64,000 nt of DNA from Azolla caroliniana (Eukaryota > Plantae > Polypodiophyta). The stretch covers positions 14,446,001 to 14,510,000 of the forward strand of contig JBHGNT010000005.1 of the NCBI GenBank assembly GCA_043228905.1. Direction: 5' to 3'. The notes beneath the pieces are model-generated. The model made no database searches and was not told where the DNA came from. It was given only the letters and a program-made list of their open reading frames with translations. Positions 23,101 to 35,238 of this stretch are shown piece by piece. The first letter of the stretch is position 1. Every line of letters begins with the position of its first letter. Made by a program: the position numbers and the translations under genes.

Positions 23101-26100
23101 TGGATAGATAATATTTTGTTGAAGAAAGAAAAGGTTCATGTTTATTTATTTTCTTCTATTTTGGAGTCAGATATTTGAAGCCAGAAAGTCACTAAGAATA
23201 ATCAGAGAAAACATTTCCCGAGTCCATATCCACATTGGACGTAGATTGGGATATTTAGTACTCCACAAGTAGTGATGAATTTTGAATGTCTTAACTTGAA
23301 TGCTGGAATTATTATGCTTGAGGTACAAATGTTGATTTTTGAATCTTTCAATATCTTACATTGGATCAAGAATATGATTACACAGTTTTATTTTGGATGT
23401 GATTCCAGGTTGGAATATCTTTTCTTTTGGCGTTGGAATATGTAAATGGATTAGATATCAGTGCATTGGAGAATATAGAATTAGACAGGTATGATTTAAA
23501 GTTGAAAAGAAATTTAACTGTGGCATTTTTGTTTGAGGAACCATCCCACCAAGCACTCTTAATATACAAACTGAATAGTCTGACTCATTGGTTCTCCAAC
23601 TAGGTTTGTATGAGACCTAAATTATTTTTGTAAAAGCTTAGATGCGACAAAAGATTCCACACTTGGTTCTCTTCTAAGATTTTCATCCTTTGTCTTTGGT
23701 CTCTTCCATCAGGATTTTTTTTAGTAACACTTTTATTACTAGTGGGAACCTCAAAGCTAGGTGAAAACCCACAAAGAATAAAGAGAAATATACGAGTGTC
23801 GATTAGACACTAAAGACCTTAGAAACACTCAAAGTAAAGAGTGTAAATTTGCAGTGTGATGTTTGTAAGTTGCAGACAATCAAATAGAGATTGCTTGAGG
23901 GATTGCTTAAAGAAGCTAATTTCGTGCAGTTGGTTTCGATCAAAGACCTTATTATTGCGGGCCGTCCAAATGGTCTAGAATACCCAAAATCTTGTCCATT
24001 GGAGAAAATAGGCATTGTTGGATAGGGCACATGGAATTTGTCCAAATAGCCAAAAGTGCTCCCCAAACCTTCGGCCAGGAAATCTGTGAGAAAGAGATGC
24101 ATTTAGTCTTTGTTCAAATGCTGTAGTGAATAAGCAAGTCCATAGTAAGTGTGGGATTGTTTCCAATCGTCCACCACATCTTGCACATTGCGGCAATGCT
24201 ATCAATCGCTTTTGAAGATTCGACCTAGTCGAGAGCACACCCAATAGGCATCTCCATAGGAATACTCGTTGCTTAAGTGGAAGACCACAGCTCCATAAGC
24301 TTGTAAGCCTGTTTTCCCACCAAGAATGTGTTTTGCGTAGGTGTCATAATGCATTTGCATGTTCATGAAACCATGGGGCAGGTTGCAACAACATGTATAC
24401 TGAATGTGTTGTAATCTTATTCATCAGAATAACAATGTTGCCTTTTTGTAACATCTGGTCTTGAATCCTACGATCTCCATCTAGAGGTGGCACTGGTACT
24501 AAGGAAAGTATCAACTCTATGACTTGATTCCAGATAACGCGATGATGTGGCGCAACACTATAACGACATGTCATGTCATTGAAGCCTAATAGGTGACCTT
24601 GGTCGTTTACCACATCTGCAATTGATTTCAGCCCCTTCTTTGCTAAAAAATAAGCTTTCCTAGGCTCTTGTGTAGCTAGTGACCGTGGGAATATAGCACT
24701 CCAATGTAAGCTTTCGAGGCGTAAAAAGTGTGGAGAATAGTGTGGAATATTGCTCGGCCACAACCGAGTCTTAGATCACTTCGTTTAAGGATCAAACACA
24801 GAAATGGGAATAGAGATGAATACTCGTACACCAAAAGAAAGTACACAGGATGTTTACGTGGAAAACCCCCCCAAAAAAACCACGGGAGCCCACAGACTCC
24901 AAACTATCACTATATGAGAAAGGTACAATCAGAGACTCGGAGGCAATGACCTCGAGCTCTGTTTCTTCGCCAAGCGGCAGTTACAACAGAGTATCGCTTT
25001 GTATCTCCTCTCTCTCTCTCTATTACTCTCTCGTAGGTGCTTCCCTCGCTTCGGAGACATTTCCATTCTGGATCGACCTATGATAGAGATCTTTCGAAGA
25101 CAAGCTACAATATACCTAACTTGAGAATCTCACATGTGCCAAAAACCAGATTCTCTGGTCTCTTTTCTTTTCATCTTATTTACTTTTATATTTACTGTGT
25201 AATATTTACTTTATTTTGATTTGTTCTCAAAGATGAGAAAACACTTAAGATGTAATCTCTTATTTGGTCTTATAGGCCATTTTGGCCTCTTAAAAGACGT
25301 TAATATATCTTTCTTTCTTTCTCTATACAACAATTATACACATACAACAATATGACAACGCACTTTGAGTGATTGCCCTAAGTCATATTTATACTTATAT
25401 GAACTTAGGGCTATTTACAAATATAGCCTCAATAGACTTACTCAAAAAACATATTTACGAATATGTCTTCTCTTTCGGTTCTCACCGGGTCCATCCGATC
25501 CGGTTTCCGGATCTCTTCCGGTTCTCACCGGGTCCATCCGATCCGGTTTCCGGATCTCTTCCGGTTCTCACCGGGTCCTCTTTATTCATAACTGGATCCC
25601 ATCCGGAGGGACCGATTTCCTAACAAAGAGTTCCCTGATTATGATTTCTATTATTTGGTCCTATAAGCCATTTTCTTTCTCTCTCTCTCACTCAAACTCT
25701 CTCCCTCTTTCTCTCTCTCTCCCGAGTGTAGGGTTTATGCTCTGTGTTTAGGGTTTTGGCTCTGTCTGTCCTTTTTGAAATGTCTGTCCTCTGTGTTTTC
25801 TGCAATGCCCGATCCTGTGCGTTCTCTTCCAAATCAGATTTCTTGTATCTTCTGCCAAATCTATTCCTGTATTCTTTCTGCCCAGTAGTAATTTCTATTC
25901 TTTTTGCCCTCAACATCTGACACCATGGAGTCCGAAGGGACAGACACTGAAAAGATGGATCTTAACACGCATGATGAGGGTCCAAATCTATTGAAGACCA
26001 CAAGAAGATATCATAGATGAAAAGGACGGGACCGAAATAGCGTCAGAAGGGCGCATAAGGAACCTAGAACGCAGGCCCCATCCGACATTCCATTCGATGT

Positions 26101-29100
26101 CGAAAATGGGAAACATGATCTTTTATGCCATTTGATTGCGCAAGAGATCAACCTTATTAGAGAAGATATCGAAATAGCACCACAGGAAGAAATGAAAAAG
26201 GAGATAGAGAAACAGAAATCAGAATTGTACGCCTCTATCAAGGCTGAGTGATTAGAAGAGATGCGAAAAGACATAATAAGCCATGTGGACAAATCACACT
26301 TAGAGCTCGAGGATGACATGACACAATACCTTAAGGATGAAATATCCTCAAGTAAGGCTGAGTTAGGAGCTATAAAAGTAGATTTCGAAAAAGGACAAGA
26401 AGCAGTGGAAAGATGCATCTCTACAGTCAAAGCCAATGTCATGAAGGAAATGCAAACATGGGCAGACATCGCCAAAGATGCCAAAGCTCAAGCCGAGCAC
26501 GCCCAAAACGAAATTAAAGCAAATGCTCCTTGGATAGAGGTAGTAAAAAAACAAAAAGGAACATCCATAGATAGGATGGCAATAATGAATTCTACTTTAG
26601 AAGAAGAAGCCAAGAGGAAAGCTCGTGCGTTGCATGTACGAGTGGTTGGTTGGGCCGAAAAGGGAAGTCCACAAGAAGATGCCAAGAATCTCGGAACAAA
26701 GATTGGAGCATCAGATATTCCATTTGCTTCGGCATGGAGAGTGGGTAGAGATGAGTCTAGAGCTAAAGCCCTTATCATCCGCTTCATGGATATTGACAAG
26801 AAAAAAGCTTTCCTCTCTAAAAGAAAGGCACTCAAGGGTTAGAAAATATACCTCGATGACGATCTCACTCCAGCGCAAGTGGCACACCGCAAAGAAAACA
26901 TGCCACGAGTGCTTGATGCAAGAAAGGAAGGAAAATGAGCCGTATATAGAGATGGCAAGGTCATTATTACAGAGAAGAGAACCGCATGAAGATATATGGC
27001 CTATGAGACCCTATGCATGACCATATGGAATTGCAACGACTCTCTACGGACAGATGTCGGATATTTTGAAGATACATTGAAAAATATAGATATTGCGATG
27101 TATACAGAGACTCACCAATGCATGGCTAGCAAACTCCCCGAGGTACAAGGATATAGATGGGAGTCAATATGTCGTCCCCAACCTCGAACACGAGCAATCA
27201 CTAGAGGTTCGGGAGGAGTGACTGTGCTATACAAAAAGGAGTTCCATGATAGAGTGCATGTTGTCCATAAGGATATAGATGCACACTACATGGGGATACG
27301 AATAAAAAGAGGGGATCTTAGGGAGTTATATATTGCAATTTGCTACATTCTACCTGCTTACTTAAGGTTTGCACCTCTAGGTGAATCACCATATCTACCT
27401 CTATATGATGATATCATAAGATTTGCTACTATGGGGGACATCATACTATTAGGAGATTTTAATGCACGAACCAAGGATGAACAAACAACTATGTTTAACA
27501 CCAACGACGCTGTTTATGGAGAAGTTATGGCAGAAGAGGTTGGTCTAAAACGACAAGCTCAAGATATGAGTGCTATAATTGAATATGGAAAACACCTAGC
27601 CTTGGGAAATGCTCATGGATTTTGATATATAATGGCTTGTCACAATGGCCTATATCAGATGCTTTGACAGGAGGTGCAAGCACAGTGGACTTATCTAATG
27701 GGATCTCCATCTGTTATACCTGAAATAAAAGTGTTCACTATATCGGGTAGACCTATTGGCTTGGCAACAGATCATGCATATCTACGCTTCGAGGGAAAGG
27801 ATGGATGCACAAAGGATGTATATTGTAAGGAGAGTGGGCTGGTTAAGTATCTATTTACTCGCGAGACAATTGATGTGTATAGTTGTGGTGTATACAATGG
27901 CATGCTAGATTTATATCCTTCCACACCCCTTAAAGAATTTACCCAAGGTTTATCCAAATCATTGCATAAAGCAGCCACAAATGCCTTCCCTCACACAACA
28001 GCCAATCCCCCCAAACTTGGTAGAGTAATACAAAATAGTTGGTATGATGAGGAATGTTGTGATCCAAGGAGATGCTTGCACCGTGATGTAACTCGGGGCA
28101 TTTATACACACAACCAAGCAAGAGCAACCTTCCAACGCCTCGTAAGGAAGAAGAAGAGATTGTATTTCGCTAAATTTGAAGATCATTTGTATCACTTGTT
28201 CCTAGGACAAGAGAGTAAAAGAGCATGGAAAATGTTTAAAGAGAGGCAACCCACCACCCAACTGACCTCACCTCAGGTGTGGCACGAATATGCAAAGGTC
28301 CTATACGATATCCCGGGGCAACCTCCTCTTCCCCACCCGAATGCCTCACGCCCACATGAATCAACCTTCTTTACACCACAAAATGTAAGAACTGCCATTG
28401 ATAGGCTACAATTTGGGAAGGCCCAAGATCCTGATGGATTGGTGGGTGAGCACTTTATCTATGCTTGTGCCCGACTTTCTCGTGGATATGCAACCCTTGG
28501 TGTCCTCGAGAGACAATGTGCACATCTGCAGTTCCAAGAGCCACGGACTAAGCTATGGTTATTTGATACACTTGTCACACCAACTCTTCTCTATGGAGTA
28601 GAAACATGGGGACCGAGTGTTAACAAGGCAAATCATTGGATAGATTTAGAGAGACCTTAGTGTCAATGATTGCTCGCATGATAAGGAGCAAAGCATGGGT
28701 GCCCCACGATATAATCTGGGCAGAGATGGGAGCAGCACTATAATAACCGAGCATTGTTCCGATCAGTGACATTTATCCAACGTCTATAGGAGCTACTTAA
28801 ACGAAGGTACCCAAGGTTGGCACTTATGTCATGAAGACAACTAGCTGAAAATGGAGACACTCATTGTTGGTATGCCGAAATGCAGCAATGGTACGAGTCA
28901 CATGGCATGAGTATAAATGCAATACCGCCGTTCCAATATAGCTAGCTTGGCATGTCCCCACCTAAATATGACCAAAGTGGAAAAGAATAGAGTGATCCGG
29001 ACTGATATTATTAACTTGGAAAATAACATAGCATGGAGCAGCCCCAAAATACTACTTGGTACAAAGATGGCCCACTATAAGACGCACTTCTTACATACAT

Positions 29101-32100
29101 CGGAGGATGGATTTGTCATCAGACCACCTTATATGGACATACATCTATCCTATGCGCTGCATAGTGTAATAGGGCAGCTGCGAACTTCATCACATCAGCT
29201 ACAGATTGAGGTAGGCAGATATATACGATTACCTTTAGAAGAGAGAATTTGTCGATTGTGTCATCAAGGAACGGAATCTGAGGAACACTATGGTTGTCAT
29301 TGTAGTGTCTTTTATGAAATCAGAGGGAGATACCATTGCCTCTTTAAACAAGGCTTTGGACCACTACGCAAGGTAATGGAATATGAGGACCAATGATGCC
29401 TAGGACTTTTCTTGCTAGAGCTCAAGAGACATTGGGAAAAGTTGTTGAAGAATATAGCCACACAAGCTCATCCACAAAGAACAATCACAACTCTCTTTAG
29501 CCCCATCTGTCCTAATCCTACAAGTCCATCACGGGATACACAAATGGGCTCCAAACCAGGACATAACAAAGGGGTTACAATTGATCGGGCAATAGCAATT
29601 TTCCGTGCATCTAGGCCCCGGCCCCATGGACCCCGACCCCGACACCCTTGTCATTAATAGATAAAAGCCATTATCTCCTACCATTGTAGGTGCTTCCCTC
29701 GCTTCGGAGACATTTCCATTCTGGATCAACCTATGGTAGAGATCTTTCGAAGACAAAAGCTACAATATATCTTACTTAAGAATCTCACATGTGCCAAAAA
29801 CCAGATTCCCTTGTTTCTTCTCTTTTCATCTTATTTACTTTTATATTTACTGTGTAGTATTTATTTTATTTTGATTTGTTCTCAAAGACGAGACAACACT
29901 CAAGATGTAATCTCTTATTTGGTCTTATAGGCCATTTTGGCCTCTTAAAAGACTTTAATATATCTTTCTTTCTTTCTTTCTTCCGGTGCATTAGAAGCTT
30001 TGAGCTAAACGGACAGCCTTTGATGTGCCCGTCAAGCGTTCCAAACACTACATCCGAATGATTAGTATCCCATGAGCCAAATGTTTTGGTTTTGCAAATT
30101 ATCAAACATATATGATAGCATTCTTGCCCAAGGCAATGTTTGTTCAACAAATTTTGGTAGTAAAGTAGTCTTTCTAGCCAACATATGCATTTGCAAATTA
30201 AGAATATTTAGCCATCCACACAATTGCGGAGTGCATATCTTCCATCAGAAAATTAGTTCAATGGAGGTTATTATGTTTCCTCGTGATCAAATTGAAGGAT
30301 CTATTTAAGCCGATTTTATTTGCATATCATGCATTAGTGACAGCAGTTAACTTTAAATGGATGTCATAGCTCTTTAGAACTCTTTGGAGAAACTAGTTCC
30401 AGAGTGTGATGATCCACTTTATGGGATGATTATGAGGTTTCCAAGCTCCCTTGATGCAGTTGGTGCATTTTTAGGCAGGTTTTGTTAATTTAGTCAACAT
30501 AACTATCTCTATCTACTTTGTATTTCAAAACATTGTAGCTTCTGCAATGTTATATTTTCATATTTCAGGTTAATTGAGAATGATTACTTGGGTTTGAAGA
30601 ATGGCATTCTTGACCAATCTGCCATTCTTCTATCAAGGAGTGGCTGCCTGACAGTTATTCACTGCAAGGTAATTATTGCCAATACTAAATTCAGCATCCC
30701 TTAACAATATAGAAGAATGTGGTTGTTTGATATGCTTGAAAATATGCAATTAATTATCATTGATGAATTTTTAAAAAGCAATCAACCCAAATGAGTATTT
30801 ACATCAATATTTTTTAAAATAATCCACAGAAAAATAACCACTAGTGGAAGTGTATTTCCTCCAAAGCAAAATCACCAATCTCACCAGAAATATTTGACTA
30901 TTCCAAAACATTGTAATCTTTGATAATAATCTTTTGATAGAGATTCTTCTAGGTTTTCTTTATAGAATTTAAATGCTAATTTTGTTTTATGATGACATTG
31001 AACTACCCCCTTTCGTAAACTTGTTTATTATGAGGAGTCAGGATTGTCTAATAAACTGTGGATGACAGAATCAGAGCTATGAATTTGTTTGTCCAAATCA
31101 TCCTGTTGATGAAAGATGGAAGGGCTACAAATTGCTCTTAGCATTCTCTGGACTACAGCATGCGTTGGCTAGTAATTTGAGTTATAACTCACGAGTTACA
31201 GAGTGCCAAGAGGCTGCACTTATATTACTCAAGTGAGTCAAATCAGGTTACTTTGATTGGAGTAGTTAATCTCTTGCCTCATCGCTTTGCCATTAGACAT
31301 GTTGTATAATACTTTTAATATTGTTTTCACTCAGAGCAGCTGGAAGGAATTCTGTGAAACCCATGCTATCTGATGGTAGTTTCTTTATTTACATTTTATA
31401 CATTTATAATAGCATGTGCAAGAAACATCTTAGCTGACATTAGCCATGATTGTCAACAGTAACCGCCCATGAGTATGAGAAATATAAGGCAAGTATCTAC
31501 ATTTTCCTCATTTTATTTGCACATGCATACTGGTTCCATATTCATTCTATGTCTCTCTGTATCTTAGTCACAACTGGATGGTGGGCTTGCTAGAAGAGCC
31601 AAGCATTTTTTTACTGAATGTGAAAGAGTTTCTAAAGGTATATACTTTTCAATGGATTTACAAGTAACGTATGCCTGGGGGAATCCAGAGGATGTAATAG
31701 AATCAATAGTTAAAAACAACTCAAAGACAATTATAAAAATTGGGGAATGTTTTCAAAATGCCACTTTTTTTATTTATATTTCACGAAATTCCACATTCAT
31801 TTTGTTTTTGCAAAAATGCTACAGATTTTGGCTATGTGATCTAAATTGGTTGAACATATTACTTGATTTTAATGATTTGGAATTCCATTTTATGCGAATA
31901 CTTTTAGAATGGATGAAAATATAAAAGATGACTTATTGGAAAGAGATGTGATGCCAACATAGAGGGCAAAACTTGGCAGGACAAAAGGCTATACAAAAGT
32001 GCTATTATAAAGCTACTGTAAAGCCTAGAATCTCTGACTGGGATGAAAAGTAGAACTCAAAAAGAGTTTCACTGGTTCTCCACATGTCCCTATAATTTGT

Positions 32101-33099
32101 TGCTCCTTTTGCAGTGAATAGAAGAGCATGTCCTTGTCTCTGTTTGTGATTGCAACATATTTCACTTTTCTCATCAGTACCGTGAATATAAGGATCTGGT
32201 GTGACTCGCACACTGAAATATATCAATTGGTGACTAGGAGGAAGTGTTTCCCATTTTAAACTGATTCAATTCTCTCATATATGCATCAGTATCCACCTCA
32301 TGAAAGAGATATAATCTATACACATTGAGGAAGTTGAACTGGAATACAGGCATCAAAGCATGGGCGGACGGTGATTTGGTAGAATTTGGCAAATTAATGT
32401 CGCAATCAGGATGGAGTTCTGTTGAGAACTATGAATGTGGTATGTTCTTTCCCCATCTATGCTACATATTTCAGCTCTCGTCAGACTTTTTATTTAACAT
32501 TTGTATAATGTATAATAAGAGGATAGTTTCAACTAGGTTAGTAGGCCTTTTGCAGATTGTCATAACTTTAGTCTCATAGGTCATTCCTCCTTTGTATGCA
32601 ATATTAGTTAATCTCATAGGTCATTTCCTCTGTATGCAATATTAGTTAGTCTCATAGTACACTGCCATGACTGAGAGCGAATGTTATAATCAGTAATTCC
32701 ATGTTGTTCAGTGTCCTTCCAGTGTGTTATCAGATTTAAATGTTACATGATTGTCGATAAAGAAAAAGATGGTGAAAATAAAGAGACTGGTGGGATAATT
32801 AGTACATTCTATTCCATTTTCCTTGATAATTGTATATTATCTGCATGAGTTTAGGGTGTGTGGAGATGGTGGATCTATTGGACATCGTGCAAAATGCTCC
32901 AGGAGTGATGGGGGCAAGGTTCAGTGGTGCAGGCTTCCGTGGCTGTTGTGTGGCATTGGTCGCTGCAAACAATGCAGAGGATGCTGCATCATACATCCGT
33001 GACGCGTACTTGAAAGCTCAACCACTTGTAGCCAAACGTCTGGAGGGTGGTTTCCCTGTACTCATATGTAGCACAGGAGAACATGCTTTTGTTTTGTAG
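20185..33099 (+). CDS. GALAK: Galacturonokinase (GHMP kinase family); spliced, short first exon not located
   Basis: Exons 20185-20298, 21693-21764, 21889-21932, ~22413-22533, 22611-22676, 23409-23488, 30569-30668, 31069-31232, 31335-31375, 31460-31488, 31568-31637, 32350-32439, 32855-33099 join in frame. Motifs PYRVCPLGAHIDHQGG, WGDYARGAVYAL, GISSSAA, IENDYLGLKNGILDQSAILLS, GARFSGAGFRGCC. Confidence 0.95.
25026..25321 (+). mobile_element. RTE-X-like LINE 3' UTR-only copy
   Basis: High similarity to 29685-29982 and 51418-51715; ends in (TTTC)n. Confidence 0.9.
25476..25578. repeat. Perfect 43 bp tandem repeat, 2.4 copies, inside the solo LTR
   Basis: CGGTTCTCACCGGGTCCATCCGATCCGGTTTCCGGATCTCTTC at 25476, 25519 and partially at 25562. 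Confidence 0.95.
25675..29982 (+). mobile_element. RTE-X-like LINE copy 1 (ORF1 25925-26989, ORF2 26996-29657; RT domain deleted)
   Basis: Coiled-coil ORF1 ending IYLDDDLT; APE motifs IWNCN, GDFNART, TDHA; junction at ~28462 removes the RT core relative to copy 2; C-terminal [15 protein letters not shown]...CRLCHQG; (TTTC)n tail. Confidence 0.9.
32572..32657. repeat. ~39 bp tandem duplication in the last GalAK intron
   Basis: TCTCATAGGTCATT...TGTATGCAATATTAGTTA twice plus a partial third copy. Confidence 0.8.
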
Positions 33100-33675
33100 A
33101 TGGATGTCATTTCTTGGCAACCTCATGATTTAATTGCATCTAATATAGCTGTTCACACTATTGTATTTTCATGATACTAATCACATATTTTATATTGCTA
33201 CCTATATATTTTACCTACAATCACTAAGATATAACAGTGACATGATTTAAAAGAAATCCTGGTCTTTGGTCTTTTCTTGTTTAAAAACGCATATTCTACA
33301 CACTAAATATGGTTTAGAAAGAATAGAGAATGTATTCAAAACATATATATTTGATGTTTCAGAATTGCCATTTATAAAATAATAAAAAAATGGACTCATT
33401 CTTGTAATTTCTTATTTTTAAAAGAATAAAAAAATTAGACGCATATTGAGAGTTTTTAAAAATAATTGTGAGTTTTTTCACATGATTCTGTGAATCCTCC
33501 TGCTTCTTCACCATCAACTTTAACCAATTAATGAGCATGTCTGTTGAGATATATTAGAAGTATTTAAAGTATACTGTGTATTTAATACATTCTATTTAAT
33601 AGATTAGTTTATAAATAAATATATACATATTGTGTTTTTACACATTGCATATACATACATATTACAACTTACAAC

Positions 33676-34420
33676 CATAGATTGACCCATGCGTGATATT
33701 TGCGGTATTCGACATCCGTAATATACGTATATTCGAGAATGCCAAATGACCCCAAGAATATTACAAAACCGGTTTACTATCTATTATATAAAAATATTAT
33801 AGTATGAGGTCCCCTTTTTAATGTCAAAGAGAGTAAAAAGTGGGGAATTAACATTTTATTTCTTATTTATTTATTTATTAAAAATAAAACAAATACTTTT
33901 AAGTTTTCATCTATTATAAGAATATTATTAGTTTGACGTCCCTTTTTCAATGTGATAAAAATATGAAAATGTATGGGAACCTTTTATTTCTTTACATATT
34001 TTTATTTATTTTTTGTTCTATTAAAAATAGGAAAGCGCTATTTGCCAAAATGGGAGGGGGGGGCAAATAGTGCTTTCTTTAAAATAAAACAAATAAATAC
34101 ATTTAGGTTTTTATATCTATTATAAAAATATTATTAGTGTGAGATCCCCTTTTAAGGACATAAATATATCAATTTTTGTGGGGGGGTAAAAAGTGGGGAA
34201 TTAATGAACTTTTTATTTATTATTTATTAAAAATAAAACAAATACTTAAGTTTTCCATCTATTATATAAAAATATTATTTAGTGTAAGTTAAATATCCCC
34301 TTTTTAATGTGGAAGTCTCTTTATATGATATAAACTCTTTTTCTTTTTCTTTTTAATGAATATTTTTTCATGCATTCTTATGCATTCGTTCGGTAACCCC
34401 CACGAATATGTCAATCTATG
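33676..34420. mobile_element. Non-autonomous hAT-like TIR element (copy 2, inverted relative to copy 1)
   Basis: 11-bp TIR CATAGATTGAC; 8-bp near-TSD CTTACAAC/ATTACAAC; interior built of AT-rich tandem units. Confidence 0.85.
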
Positions 34421-34573
34421 ATTACAACTATGAGAAATACATATACCGATCATTAGTTGTCTCTTTTTCAAACTCTTTAATTATATGTCTTTTCTTCAAC
34501 TACGATAAGAGCTACATAACACCAATCAACTAAAAATCCATCTTAGCTACAAAGAGACTAATCATTTAAAGTA

Positions 34574-34857
34574 GGGAAAAGTACCAGGATACCCCTGGAA
34601 GTTTGTCTATTTACCAAAATGCCCCTGAAAGTTCCAAATTACACTTTATAAAGTAATTATACACTCAAATCTACAAGCCCTATTTACCAAAGATGGAAGA
34701 AATGGACCTGAACTAGCCCTATTTACCAAAGATATGAGTGTATAATCACTTTATAAAGTGTAATGTTTTGGACATAGGGGTAGTTTGATAAATTTGGAAC
34801 TTCTAGGGACATTTTGGTAAATAGACGAACTTCCAGGGGTATCCTGGTACTTTTCCC
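34574..34857. mobile_element. Mutator-like foldback MITE
   Basis: ~67 bp near-perfect TIR beginning GGGAAAAGTACCAGG, extended by a further ~28 bp inverted match; exact 8-bp TSD TTAAAGTA. Confidence 0.9.
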
Positions 34858-35238
34858 TTAAAGTAAAACATTACAAAATAAATACATAAATACTTTCTTT
34901 GTCAAACAACTAGGTAACAAGACAGTTTCTCATTTGTTGCAGTTAACTTCTATAAAGGCCTGACTCTCATCATACGCCACTGTACAGATTTCCTTTCTAA
35001 AACTTTCTACAAAAAGCTATTTCTAAAACTGTCTTAATTTGTCAAAACAAAAGATTCTTTTTTCTATTAACAATTTACTTGAATGTGGTTCACGGATCAA
35101 ATAATAGTATATTTGTAGAAAGAATGTACTATTTAATCATCTGATTTAATGTGTATAAGGGCTGGCTGAAAATACAATTGCATAAAGAATGCGTTCATAT
35201 AATAAATTACTGGCAGCTAAATTCATAAGAAGAATTTG

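Larger units (their letters stand above)
24741..25625 (-). mobile_element. Copia-type solo LTR (carries a ~290 bp RTE-X tail insertion)
   Basis: TGT...ACA termini; near-TSD AATAG/AAGAG; minus-strand CCCGTGGTTTTT...GGGGTTTTCCACGTAAA motif typical of plant copia LTRs; TATA region. Confidence 0.7.
23715..30330 (-). mobile_element. 5'-truncated L1 LINE remnant in a GalAK intron, split by a solo LTR and an RTE-X copy
   Basis: T-run (poly-A on the minus strand) at ~23715; zf-RVT CARCGGRLETIPHLLWTC; pieces at 23715-24740, 25631-25675 and ~29985-30330 (WLNILNLQMHMLARK). Confidence 0.7.

Noticed and set aside
29685-29735. RTE-X 3' UTR three-way junction as a hammerhead or twister ribozyme
   Set aside because: Catalytic consensus nucleotides are absent on both strands; retained only as an unclassified structure.
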